Of a stretch of DNA of 43,881 bases, positions 1 through 9,359 are shown one piece after another. Each line of letters starts with the position of its first letter. Within the stretch, counting starts at the first letter, position 1. The notes under the pieces were generated by a model, which saw only the letters and a list, made by a program, of their open reading frames with translations, was not told where the DNA came from and searched no databases. The stretch is from a bacterium. Its GTDB lineage: Bacteria; Patescibacteriota; Minisyncoccia; UBA6257; 2-01-FULL-56-20. The DNA is taken from the NCBI GenBank assembly GCA_021777495.1, contig JAJYDL010000003.1, forward strand, positions 1 to 43,881, in the 5' to 3' direction. The position numbers were made by a program, and so were the translations under genes.

Positions 1-1
1 G

Positions 2-1963
2 GGCAAGATCCAGTCGACCTCGGGAGGCATCGTCTTCCCCGACGGCACCGTGCAGACGACCGCCGCAAGCGCGAGCGGGCAGACGACTTCCGCCGCGAAC
101 GTCTCTTCCGGTTCCTTCGGCGCGAACACCGGGGGAGGGAACTATGCGTTCCCGGGAAGCGTCACTGTGGGACCTTCGGCAAACTATCTGACCACCGGCG
201 GTTCATTGCTTTGTTTTTCGACCGGAGGCACCTGCGCGTCGGGAGTGGGGACCCCTTCCATCGTGGAGGACTGGGGGGTGAATCTGATCGGAAACGGAGG
301 GACGCAGCCGGTGCGCGTCACGAATGCCGCGCTGCTTGTCGGTTACGGCAACTATGGCACAAGCTATCCTTCGGGAAACCTGCTCGTCTCGGGCAACGTC
401 GGCATCGGCACGGTGTCACCGGGAGATGCCCTTGATGTCAATGGTCAGGTGGTGTTCGGCGGCTCGGTGGCGCGTTTGTCGATGGGTTCGGATTCAATCG
501 GATTCAATAGACGGGTTGCCACAGGAGTGATTTATTCTTCGGGCGAATATGCATATCAATTCCAGCATAACGGCAGCGCCACGCAAGGTTCGGACAACCT
601 TGCCATCCAGGTATACAATCCGAGCGGCGGGAATATCACCTCGAATGCATTGGCGGTGAACGGCTACGGAGATGTCGGTGTCGACACCGCAACGCCGGTC
701 ACGGCATTGAGCGTCGCGGGAGCCATCACGATAAATGAAGGGACGACATTCGGTGGAGTAAATGGCTACACTTTCATTGGGGACGGAAATTATGATACCG
801 GCATGTTTTCACCATCCGACGGCGTCGTTGATTTCTATAACAACACGGCGCATTCCATCGATATTACGCCGAGCGCCATGACGGTTTATCAGCCGACGAC
901 GTTCACGGGAAACGCAAATGTATCGGGCATTCTTTACGTGTCGACGCCCGCAGGGATGTGGATATCGGGCATGAACGGTACGAACGGGATCGATGCCGCA
1001 ACCCCTCAAATCGCAAATTCATACACCCCGATCCTTCGCCAGACGACCGCAAGCGGGAACGTTGTGGCATTAGGAGGACTTGGCGACGGGTTCGGATTTC
1101 TTACTTATAATTCCGGGAGGACGGCGAACGGATATGATTACGCCCCGCTTTATTTCACCACCAATAATGGCGATGTCGGTATTGATACGATCTCGCCGGG
1201 CTATACGCTCGACGTAAGCGGTGCGGGAAGATTCACCAGCATGTTGTATGCGAACGGCGGAGTCGCCCTTCAGCCCGGTACCGAGCTTGATTATTGGGGA
1301 GGGGGTACGCCGTATCGCACGTGGATGGATAACAACAGCACCTATTTCTATGGCGCCGTCCAGGATTATTCCCAGCATTTCACCATGGATGCCGAGGACA
1401 GCGGCCGCGGCTGGACATGGGGGGCATATGGATCTGCTCCCGGCGCCTCTTTGGATGTGAATGGCAATTTGACGCTGAGAGGCGGCCTTACTGCGGGCGG
1501 CAATCTCTCCGTAGGAGCAAACAAGATCACGGCAGGGACGATCGATCCGCTCTATACGATCAACGGTACGAATTATGCCACGTATGTTCCGGGCATGACG
1601 GGACAGAAGGAAGAGACCGCGGGGACGCTTACGCTTGGCGCGCAGACCGGCGGCGCCTATGCGGCGACGATCGATCTCGGATCTGCGGCGCAGGGGAGCG
1701 ATGTGTGGCTCTTCGCGCAGGCGACGGATATGAAGGCTCCCGGCGCGATGAACGGCCTTGTTGTCACCCTCACGCCCGGATTCGACGGGCGGGTATGGTA
1801 CACCGAGGATACGGCCGCAGAAACGCTTACGGTGCATGGGACCGCGGCGGGCCAGGTTTCTTACACGCTCATTGCGCCCCGCTTCGATGCCGCGCAGTGG
1901 ACGAACCTCGCACCGTCTCAGGATGCGGGCATGAAGGGCTTCGTGATCGGTACCGGTAATTAA
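2..1963 (+). CDS. C-terminal part of a large tail-fibre-like surface protein with GNVGIGT repeats (5' end lies outside the window)
   Basis: Frame is open from base 2 (GKIQSTSGGIVFPDGTVQ...). Repeats: GNVGIGTVSPGDALDVNG, GDVGVDTATPVTALSVAG, GDVGIDTISPGYTLDVSG. C-terminal DPLYTINGTNYATYVPGMTGQKEE domain; TAA at 1961-1963. Confidence 0.8.
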   Translation, partial: GKIQSTSGGIVFPDGTVQTTAASASGQTTSAANVSSGSFGANTGGGNYAFPGSVTVGPSANYLTTGGSLLCFSTGGTCASGVGTPSIVEDWGVNLIGNGGTQPVRVTNAALLVGYGNYGTSYPSGNLLVSGNVGIGTVSPGDALDVNGQVVFGGSVARLSMGSDSIGFNRRVATGVIYSSGEYAYQFQHNGSATQGSDNLAIQVYNPSGGNITSNALAVNGYGDVGVDTATPVTALSVAGAITINEGTTFGGVNGYTFIGDGNYDTGMFSPSDGVVDFYNNTAHSIDITPSAMTVYQPTTFTGNANVSGILYVSTPAGMWISGMNGTNGIDAATPQIANSYTPILRQTTASGNVVALGGLGDGFGFLTYNSGRTANGYDYAPLYFTTNNGDVGIDTISPGYTLDVSGAGRFTSMLYANGGVALQPGTELDYWGGGTPYRTWMDNNSTYFYGAVQDYSQHFTMDAEDSGRGWTWGAYGSAPGASLDVNGNLTLRGGLTAGGNLSVGANKITAGTIDPLYTINGTNYATYVPGMTGQKEETAGTLTLGAQTGGAYAATIDLGSAAQGSDVWLFAQATDMKAPGAMNGLVVTLTPGFDGRVWYTEDTAAETLTVHGTAAGQVSYTLIAPRFDAAQWTNLAPSQDAGMKGFVIGTGN

Positions 1964-1980
1964 TCAATAGATTTCAATCC

Positions 1981-3399
1981 ATGAATTTTCGCCGGTTTAA
2001 CAAGGCATCTCTCGCTATCATTGCCGTTGCCGCGGTCGTTGCGGCGACCATCGTCGTATTCGGCATCCACCGCGGCGTTTCCGCACCGGCGGCCGTACCG
2101 GCGAAGGGGAGCGTGGCGAACAGCGCGACCTCGTCGCAAACCCCCGCGGCACAGGGGGTTGCCGTCATTCCGAGGATCCCTCCGGTATTGAAGCTTCCTG
2201 CAGGGCCCGTCACCTATCAGATCGCTCAGGCGGCGACCAAGCTTCCCGGATTCGTGCAGGCGACGATCGACCCCCTCAAAGTGAGCGTGGGACAGGTCCA
2301 GCACTTCACGGTCGTCACGGACGACCCCAATCCCGTGGTATCCGTAACCGCAACGATCGTCACCGACCATACGACCACGACCGTGAATCTTGTTTTGCAG
2401 GGCCCCGCGCCTCTTTCGATGATCGTGCCGAGGAATTTCGTCGTGGGATCCGACGGTACGCTTGCGCAGGCGACCACGGGTACTTCCCCTTACGCCGTTG
2501 CCGGGGGGAGCGGTGCGAACGGGAGCAATGTGGCGGAGGCGGCCAATTCCGCCGCGCTGGAGTTCAAAGGGCAATGGACGGTGGAAGATACGCATAATGC
2601 CGAATACAAGACGACCTTCACCGCGAAGGATTCCGCGGGCAATGTGAATTCGGTCACGCTCCAATGGTCGGATCCCACGCCATGCAGCTTCGATACGGGA
2701 TCGGGGTCGGGATATACGACCGGAAACGTGGCATTGAGTGCCAGTTGTGATGTGGGCCTTTCGGGGTATTCGCCGGTCGATGGAGTGGAAAGCGGGAACC
2801 TTTCATTCTCCGCGGCGTTAACCTTACAGGTAGATGCGAACGCGACGCTCGTGATCAACAGCGGCTATAGTATAAGCATGGCGAACGGGACCATTGCCAT
2901 GGCGAGCGGCGCAAAGATCCTCCTTGCCACCGATATGTGCGGCACCGATGCCGACGGCGACGGTTATCTCAAGCAATCGGCATGGACGGCCGCCTCGTCG
3001 TGCGCGTCGGTTTCCCTCACCTCGCGTGCGAGCATCACAAAGCAGTACGGTTTCAATGATTGCGACGATAATAATGCGAACGTGCATCCGGGGCAGACGG
3101 CATGGTTCACATCCGCAACCACCGATACCGGTTCCTGGGATTACAATTGCGACGGTTCGGTAGAGGACTATTATTCATCCACCTATCAGGTTCCCGCCAT
3201 CACCTGTAATTCGAATACGTGCGCGACCGGATCGTGCGTATCGGGATCCGGCAGCCAGAACCTCGGATATGTCCCGAGCTGCGGTTCGACGTTCCAGATG
3301 CTCAGCAGTTGTTCTTCGGTGAGCACGGTGAGCTGCGGGGGATCGTACGGAGCGAGCTGTCAGGCGAGCTATAGTACGCTCACGCAATCCTGTCATTGA
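1981..3399 (+). CDS. Secreted or membrane-anchored protein with an Ig-like N-terminal domain and a Cys-rich C-terminus (MopE-like putative metal-binding motif)
   Basis: N-terminal hydrophobic helix; DADGDGY...DCDDNNANVHPGQ...DYNCDG motif; many C-terminal Cys; starts 17 bp after the previous stop. Confidence 0.75.
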   Translation: MNFRRFNKASLAIIAVAAVVAATIVVFGIHRGVSAPAAVPAKGSVANSATSSQTPAAQGVAVIPRIPPVLKLPAGPVTYQIAQAATKLPGFVQATIDPLKVSVGQVQHFTVVTDDPNPVVSVTATIVTDHTTTTVNLVLQGPAPLSMIVPRNFVVGSDGTLAQATTGTSPYAVAGGSGANGSNVAEAANSAALEFKGQWTVEDTHNAEYKTTFTAKDSAGNVNSVTLQWSDPTPCSFDTGSGSGYTTGNVALSASCDVGLSGYSPVDGVESGNLSFSAALTLQVDANATLVINSGYSISMANGTIAMASGAKILLATDMCGTDADGDGYLKQSAWTAASSCASVSLTSRASITKQYGFNDCDDNNANVHPGQTAWFTSATTDTGSWDYNCDGSVEDYYSSTYQVPAITCNSNTCATGSCVSGSGSQNLGYVPSCGSTFQMLSSCSSVSTVSCGGSYGASCQASYSTLTQSCH

Positions 3400-3416
3400 T
3401 CCCTCCATCCCTATTG

Positions 3417-3453
3417 AAAAAAATGCGCCCCTGCATATGAAATGCGGGGGCGT
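3417..3453 (-). terminator. Intrinsic terminator between convergent genes
   Basis: Hairpin gcgcccctgcat/atgcgggggcgt with an A7 run at 3417-3423, which gives a U-tract on the minus strand. Confidence 0.65.
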
Positions 3454-3467
3454 TCCGTGCGTTTCCC

Positions 3468-4679
3468 TTACCGGCAGTAAGGGAAATAACTCGTTACCGT
3501 GGTGAGCTGTTGGGGGGATTGTCCGCTTCCCGCACTCACGAGATAGAAGTGGTAATCCGCGGGATTTTCAAATACGATGGTGTTCCCGTTTCCGCCGTCG
3601 CACCATGCGGGATATATCCCCGATGCGATCGTTTGCGGATTGGTGCCGTCGATATTCGCGACCGCCAACTGCTCCTTGTAATCCGTGACGATCTTCGTGC
3701 CATCGGGCGAAGGGGATACTTCCCAGCCGTTTCCGATGGAGGTTCGGGTCTGTCCATCCGCGCTCAGGATCACCGTTTCCTGGCTCACGGTATAGATGAT
3801 CCGTCCGTCACTCAGATAGCGGGGACTTACAGGAGGCGAGTTGATGGTGCTGTTCGCGGGGCACGAGATGTCCGTGATCGCGATCGGCGTGAAGGAGCTT
3901 CCGTCGAGCGGCATGGTTGCAAGTCCGCAGACGCCGAGTGTCGTATCCATGTATGCGATCACGAAACCGGTACCCGCAGGGTTCCAATCCAGGCCGTTGG
4001 GCATGAAGTGGGTATCCGTCCAGTTTTTGACGACCGTGGGCGTACCGCCTTCGACGGGCACGGTCATGAGCCATTCGGTCGTTCCCTGTTTGATGTATGC
4101 GACCGTCCGCTTGTCGGGCGAGATCGTCGAATACAGGTCCTGGGACGGCGTGTCGTTCGGGCTCAGCTGGTATTGCACGTCCGGGTGCGCCACATCGAAG
4201 ACGAATATCCGTTCGATATACGTCGTGCACGCAGAGCAGCCGTCGTTCGTGAATGCCAGGAATGTCGGCGTGGGACCCTGCGTTACCGTGATGGTGACCG
4301 ATCCCGACGTGGTTCCGTCGGAACCGACCGCTTTCACGGTCTCGCTTCCGCCCGTGGGCGGATAGAACGGCGCGGTATAAAGTCCGGACGTGCTGATGGT
4401 GCCATCCGTACCGTCGCCTCCCTGGGTGCCGTTCACATACCACGTGAATGCGGTGCCGAGATTTCCCGTTGCCGTGGCGCTGAACTGAAGAGTGCCTTCT
4501 GTGGCCACGGAGCACCCCGCCGCCGGGCATGTGACGGTAATGGTCGGGTTGGAAGGCGGAGGAGTGGAAGTTGTGCCGGATGCGCCGCAGCCGGTAAGGA
4601 TGTGGATCGTTGCCACGAGCGCTGCCGCGCTCATGAGGGGAGCCAAAAATCTGATGCCACCACCCATGCGGAGGTTCAT
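3468..4679 (-). CDS. Lipoprotein with an Ig-like domain and a TolB/PD40-like beta-propeller
   Basis: ATG at 4679 preceded by SD AGGAGA; lipobox ILTG|C; Ig motif FTWYVNGTQGGDGTDGTISTSGLYTAP; propeller repeats ISPDKRTVAY and SPSPDGTKIV. Confidence 0.8.
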   Translation of the reverse strand: MNLRMGGGIRFLAPLMSAAALVATIHILTGCGASGTTSTPPPSNPTITVTCPAAGCSVATEGTLQFSATATGNLGTAFTWYVNGTQGGDGTDGTISTSGLYTAPFYPPTGGSETVKAVGSDGTTSGSVTITVTQGPTPTFLAFTNDGCSACTTYIERIFVFDVAHPDVQYQLSPNDTPSQDLYSTISPDKRTVAYIKQGTTEWLMTVPVEGGTPTVVKNWTDTHFMPNGLDWNPAGTGFVIAYMDTTLGVCGLATMPLDGSSFTPIAITDISCPANSTINSPPVSPRYLSDGRIIYTVSQETVILSADGQTRTSIGNGWEVSPSPDGTKIVTDYKEQLAVANIDGTNPQTIASGIYPAWCDGGNGNTIVFENPADYHFYLVSAGSGQSPQQLTTVTSYFPYCR

Positions 4680-4808
4680 CGTGTTCTCCTTTAAGCCCAA
4701 AACCGGGCGTTCATCCGAACCTTACAGTGCCAAGGTTCTGGATATTTTATACTAAAAAAATATAATTTTGGCAATATATTCGGGTGATGCGGCGCGCTCC
4801 CTTCCGCG

Positions 4809-7034
4809 TCATTCCCGATGGAGGATCGCGCGGAATTCCGCCACCTTTTTCCTGAGCGCGGCATCCTTTTTGAGAGGGGGATCGTCGCGGAGCACCTTTG
4901 CCGCCGCGTCGCGCGAACGCTTGACGAGCTCGGGATCGCGGAGCGCCTCCATGGCCACATCGGGGAGGCCGGTCTGCACCTGTCCGAAGAACTGTCCCGG
5001 GCCGCGCAGCTGGAGATCCTTCTCCGCGAGCTCGAAGCCGTTCTTCGCCTCGAGGATCGCCTTGAGGCGCGCGTTCGCGGCCTGGGCCGCGGTCGTCGTC
5101 ATGAGGAAGCAGTGTGACGCATGCTCGCCGCGGCCGACGCGCCCGCGGAACTGGTAGAGCTGGGCGAGGCCGAACCGTTCCGCGCCCTCGATCATCATGA
5201 TCGTCGCGTTAGGCACGTCGACGCCCACCTCGACGACCGATGTGGAGACGAGGATGTCGGATTCCCGTTCCTTGAAGCGCTTCATAATTTCCTCCTTTTC
5301 TTTCGCCTTCATCTGTCCGTGGAGCATCGCAATGCGGAGATCGGGGAACACCTCTTTCGAAAGCTTTTCAAACTCCTCCTTCACCGATTTCAGCTCGAGC
5401 GCGGTCTTGAGGGCCCGAAGGCGTGCGGGGGATGCCGCTCCTTGCGCGGCGTTTCCGGAACCCCCCTTTTCCTCATCGTCCTCCGCGGGATCGATGCGGG
5501 GGCAGATGACGAATACCTGCCTGCCCGCCTTCACTTCCTTGTGGATGAACGAATACGAGGAAGCGCGCTCCGCGGGCGGCACGATGCTCGTCGCGATCGG
5601 CTTCCGTCCCGAAGGAAGTTCCGTGATGAGGGAGAGATCGAGATCGCCGAATATGGAGAGCATGAGCGTACGGGGGATGGGAGTGGCGGACATGCTGAGA
5701 AAATGGGGGACGACGCCGCCCTCGCCCGCCTTTGCCGCAAGCTCCGCCCGCTGGCTCACGCCGAAACGATGCTGTTCGTCGATGATGACGAGCCCGAGCG
5801 CTTTGAAGTTCACCGTGCGCTGGATGAGCGCATGCGTGCCGAATATGATGGGCACTTCCCCGCGCGCCGCCTTCGCGCCGAGGTCCTGCTTCGGCACGCG
5901 CGTTTCGAGCCCCTCGCCTCCGTAGTGCACGATCGCCGCCGAAGCGGTGAGGAGTCCGAGCGGGGGGAGCGCATCCGCGCCCGCGCCGTCCGCAATGTGC
6001 GCGAAAAGCTTTTTCATCGTTTCGAAATGCTGGCGCGCAAGGATCTCCGTGGGAGCCATGAATGCGGCTTGGTATCCGTTGCGCGCCGCGATGAGTGCGG
6101 CGAGCGCCGCCACGATCGTCTTGCCGGAGCCGACGTCGCCCTGAAGGAGGCGGTTCATGGGATGGGAGCGTTCCATATCCTGCACGATCTCCCAGAGGGA
6201 TTTTTTCTGCGAGGGCGTGAGCTCGAACGGAAGTTTTCCGAGGAGGCCTTTCATCCATTCGATGTCCGTCTTCAGAGGAGGCGCATGCCGTACCGCAAGC
6301 TTCATTTTCTCCTGGAGCGTGATGAGCTGGAGGAGGAAGAGGTCCTCGAACGAGAAGCGGGCGCGTGCGGCATGCGCCTCGTCGACCGTTCTCGGGAAGT
6401 GGATGGCGTGAAGAGCCTCTTCGAGGGGAGGAAGGGCGAACTCCGCGAGCACTCCTTCGGGGATCCATTCCTTGAACGCCGGGCGGCGGCGGAAGACCTG
6501 CTGTACGGCGAAGCGGATGCCGCGCGAAGTGAGCCCCTGCGTTTCCGGATAGACCGGCACGAGGCGGCCCGTATGGCTGAACTCCTGTCCCTCGTCGTCG
6601 CGTATTCCCGGCCGGAGCCGGACGAGTTCGTAGGTGGGATTATTGAGATAAAGGTCGCCCTCGTCCGAGACGGACGCTTTGCCGGAGAAGTTCGCTTCGC
6701 GTCCGGGGCGCAGGGTGTTCGCGAGGTAGGGCTGGTTGAACCATACCGCGCGGATGGACCCGGAGTCGTCGGCGAGCGTGGCCTCGACGATGCTCATGTG
6801 CCGGCGGAAGCTGTGCCGCGCCTTGATGTCCTCCACGACGGCGCGGAGGGTCGCCTGTTGTCCCGGCTCAAGCTCCGCGACGGTGTAGGTCTTCGTGAAA
6901 TCCTCGTAGCGGGCGGGAAAATGCCACAGAAGGTCTCTCACCGTGCGGATACCCATCTTTTCAAGCCGTCTGAGGGACGGCGAGCGGGCTCCGACGACTT
7001 CGAAGAGAGGCGTATCGAGCGCGATCTGCGGCAT
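4809..7034 (-). CDS. recG: ATP-dependent DNA helicase RecG
   Basis: Wedge/OB domain (DLLWHFPARYED, AVWFNQPY); motifs MNRLLQGDVGSGKT, DEQHRFG, MSATPIPRT, QFRGRVGRG, DLQLRGPG. Confidence 0.97.
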   Translation of the reverse strand: MPQIALDTPLFEVVGARSPSLRRLEKMGIRTVRDLLWHFPARYEDFTKTYTVAELEPGQQATLRAVVEDIKARHSFRRHMSIVEATLADDSGSIRAVWFNQPYLANTLRPGREANFSGKASVSDEGDLYLNNPTYELVRLRPGIRDDEGQEFSHTGRLVPVYPETQGLTSRGIRFAVQQVFRRRPAFKEWIPEGVLAEFALPPLEEALHAIHFPRTVDEAHAARARFSFEDLFLLQLITLQEKMKLAVRHAPPLKTDIEWMKGLLGKLPFELTPSQKKSLWEIVQDMERSHPMNRLLQGDVGSGKTIVAALAALIAARNGYQAAFMAPTEILARQHFETMKKLFAHIADGAGADALPPLGLLTASAAIVHYGGEGLETRVPKQDLGAKAARGEVPIIFGTHALIQRTVNFKALGLVIIDEQHRFGVSQRAELAAKAGEGGVVPHFLSMSATPIPRTLMLSIFGDLDLSLITELPSGRKPIATSIVPPAERASSYSFIHKEVKAGRQVFVICPRIDPAEDDEEKGGSGNAAQGAASPARLRALKTALELKSVKEEFEKLSKEVFPDLRIAMLHGQMKAKEKEEIMKRFKERESDILVSTSVVEVGVDVPNATIMMIEGAERFGLAQLYQFRGRVGRGEHASHCFLMTTTAAQAANARLKAILEAKNGFELAEKDLQLRGPGQFFGQVQTGLPDVAMEALRDPELVKRSRDAAAKVLRDDPPLKKDAALRKKVAEFRAILHRE

Positions 7035-7173
7035 TGCGATTTGCCGTCATTATACCATAAACGGCCATTCGGTTCCCGCCGGCTGTCTGGGGATATGTCC
7101 GCATCGCACATAGGGTATAATTGACGTATATGTGCGCAAAGGTCGAGCAAGGAAAAATCATAACGATACGGAT

Positions 7174-7869
7174 ATGAAAATGAAAAAATCGGTCGCGTGG
7201 ATGACGGGCGGCGCATTGACGCTCGCGCTCGTCGTCGCGTCGGGTGCGCTCGCTGCCGCGCATGCGGACAACGGCAGCGAAGGCGGCGATCATGGCGGCA
7301 ATCTCGGGAATCTCAACCTTCCCTCGCTCTTGCAGGCCAACGTCACGTCGGTGGCTGCCACCGCATCGGGGACCCTTCCCACGTTCTCGGTCCAGAATCC
7401 CGGAGGCGAAGGCGTCCAGTCGGAGAATCAGGTCCAGTCGGAGAGCCAGATCCAGTCCGAGGGTCAGGGCCAGGGAGGAGGTTCGCAGAGCATGAACTCC
7501 GTCCAGGAGTCCGCGTCGCTCAACGCCAACGGTAACTTCAAGATCACCGGAGCGAAGGTTGTCTCCGTCGATACGGCGGCAAACACGATCACCGCGACCC
7601 TTTACGGGTTCACGAAGACCGTGAGTGTGAGCGGTGCCGCCATCACCGGCGGAAACGCCACCATGGCGCTTGGCGCCATCCAGCCCGGCGATACGCTTTC
7701 CGCGACGGGCAACTTCGACGAGATGACCCATGCCGTTACAGTGAACACCGTGAACGACGTTTCGTCGATCCCGAGCGGTTCTTCGGCGATTCAGTCCCGG
7801 CTTTCGATGCTCATGCAGCTTGTGGCCCAGCTTGAGGCGCAGCTTCAGTCGTCGTCCCAGTCGAACTAG
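7174..7869 (+). CDS. Secreted protein with a DUF5666-like OB-type domain and a C-terminal coiled coil
   Basis: Signal peptide MKMKKSVAW...AAAHA|D; GAKVVSVDT...IQPGDTLSATG; tail IQSRLSMLMQLVAQLEAQL. Start could be 7174 or 7180. Confidence 0.7.
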   Translation: MKMKKSVAWMTGGALTLALVVASGALAAAHADNGSEGGDHGGNLGNLNLPSLLQANVTSVAATASGTLPTFSVQNPGGEGVQSENQVQSESQIQSEGQGQGGGSQSMNSVQESASLNANGNFKITGAKVVSVDTAANTITATLYGFTKTVSVSGAAITGGNATMALGAIQPGDTLSATGNFDEMTHAVTVNTVNDVSSIPSGSSAIQSRLSMLMQLVAQLEAQLQSSSQSN

Positions 7870-7886
7870 CACGGAATCGTGTGCAA

Positions 7887-7920
7887 CAAAAAGCGCGGCG
7901 TTACATCGCCGCGCTTTTTG
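7887..7920. terminator. Bidirectional intrinsic terminator
   Basis: Perfect 14-bp inverted repeat caaaaagcgcggcg-ttacat-cgccgcgctttttg between the convergent CDS and tRNA-Lys. Confidence 0.85.
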
Positions 7921-7942
7921 TATCCGTAGCGGAACGGTTCTA

Positions 7943-8018
7943 TGGTGCCCCCACCAGGACTCGAACCTGGGACCTTCTCCTTAAGAGGGAGCAGCTCTAC
8001 CAACTGAGCTATAGGGGC
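7943..8018 (-). tRNA. tRNA-Lys (anticodon CTT), CCA encoded
   Basis: Reverse complement GCCCCTATAGCTCAGTTGGTAGAGCTGCTCCCTCTTAAGGAGAAGGTCCCAGGTTCGAGTCCTGGTGGGGGCACCA folds as a 76-nt cloverleaf. Confidence 0.96.
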
Positions 8019-8079
8019 ATGCGTGCGGTCATCGCCGGCGATTCGTTCCGCACCGCCGCCGTACGGAATTCCAAGAACT

Positions 8080-8108
8080 ATTCTAATAAGGAAGCGCATA
8101 AAATGCAA
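8080..8108 (-). promoter_or_regulatory. Sigma70-type promoter for tRNA-Lys
   Basis: TTGCAT (8108-8103)-N17-TAGAAT (8085-8080) on the minus strand. Confidence 0.6.
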
Positions 8109-8166
8109 CGCCCTTGTGCGGCCGGGAAGGTGGCAATTCCGAATTGCACGGCCTATAATGCATGGT

Positions 8167-9354
8167 ATGGAACGATCGGACAAGGAGCGGATCGAAGAGC
8201 TTCTCGCACGCGGCGTGGAGGAGGTCATCGATCGCGCAAGCCTCGAGCGCAAACTGAAGATCGGAAAGCCTTTGCGGGTCAAGCTTGGCATCGATCCCAC
8301 GAGCCCCAATCTCCACCTCGGGCGTTCCGTGCCGCTTCTCAAGCTGCGCGATTTCCAGGAACTCGGGCACACCGTGGTCCTCATCATCGGCGATTTCACC
8401 GGTACGATCGGCGACACGTCCGACAAGGACAGTGAGCGTCCGATGCTTTCCGGGGAGGAGGTGAAGCGGAATATGGAGACGTACATCGCGCAGGCGGGGA
8501 AGATCATCGATATCAAGAAGACGGAGGTGGTGCGCAACAGTACATGGCTCGGGAAGCTCGGATACGGCGATATCGGCCGCCATGCGGACGTTTTCGCGCT
8601 TTCCGATTTCGTGGCGCGCGAGAACATCAGGAAGCGGCTTGATGCGGGCAAGCGCGTGTCGCTCCGCGAGCTCCTGTATCCCCTCATGCAGGGGTACGAT
8701 TCCGTGGAAGTGAAGGCCGATGTCGAGATCGGGGGGACCGACCAGCGGTTCAACCTCCTCGCCGGCCGCGACCTTCAGCGCGCATACGGACAGGAACCGC
8801 AGGACATCATGATGGGCCCGATCATCGAGGGGCTCGACGGCCGCAAGATGAGCTCGAGCTACGGCAATACGGTGAACCTTCTCGATGCGCCGAACGACAT
8901 GTTCGGGAAGATCATGTCGCTCCGCGACGAATCGATCATCCGCTATTTCATCATCCTTACGCGCATGCCGATGGAGGTCGTGCGCGCGTACGAGATGGAC
9001 CTTGCGCGCGGCGGGAATCCGCGGGACATCAAGGCGCGCCTCGCGCACGAGATCGTGCGCATGTACCACGGAGAGAAGGAGGCGGATGCCGCACAGGATT
9101 ATTTCGCACGTACGTTCACCGCGAAGGAGATCCCGGATGCGATGCCGGAGTTCGTCCCCAAGAAGGGCGCGCGCGACGTGGTCTCCGTGCTCGTGGATTC
9201 CGGACTCGTGCCTTCGAAGTCCGAAGCGCGGCGCGCGATCGGGCAAAAAGGAGTGAAGATCGACGGCGCGACGGTGGAGGACGTCCATCAGGAGGTCGCA
9301 CGAGGGTCCGTATTGCAGAAAGGAAAGATAAAATTCGTGAGGATCGCGGGGTAA
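8167..9354 (+). CDS. tyrS: Tyrosine--tRNA ligase
   Basis: KLGIDPTSPNLHLG (HIGH region), YPLMQGYD, GGTDQRFN, KMSSS, C-terminal S4 domain. ATG 8167 lies 7 nt after TATAAT. Confidence 0.96.
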   Translation: MERSDKERIEELLARGVEEVIDRASLERKLKIGKPLRVKLGIDPTSPNLHLGRSVPLLKLRDFQELGHTVVLIIGDFTGTIGDTSDKDSERPMLSGEEVKRNMETYIAQAGKIIDIKKTEVVRNSTWLGKLGYGDIGRHADVFALSDFVARENIRKRLDAGKRVSLRELLYPLMQGYDSVEVKADVEIGGTDQRFNLLAGRDLQRAYGQEPQDIMMGPIIEGLDGRKMSSSYGNTVNLLDAPNDMFGKIMSLRDESIIRYFIILTRMPMEVVRAYEMDLARGGNPRDIKARLAHEIVRMYHGEKEADAAQDYFARTFTAKEIPDAMPEFVPKKGARDVVSVLVDSGLVPSKSEARRAIGQKGVKIDGATVEDVHQEVARGSVLQKGKIKFVRIAG

Positions 9355-9359
9355 GACGC

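Noticed and set aside
5121-7124. Long ORF antisense to recG, and similar shadows at 3510-4694, 8083-9441, 10620-12347, 14674-16239, 16762-17994 and 38113-39486
   Set aside because: Typical stop-poor antisense frames of GC-rich genes; no motifs, and each fully overlaps a well-supported CDS.
7943-8018. G27-A43 mismatch in the tRNA-Lys anticodon stem
   Set aside because: Single terminal stem mismatches are common; all other tRNA features are intact.
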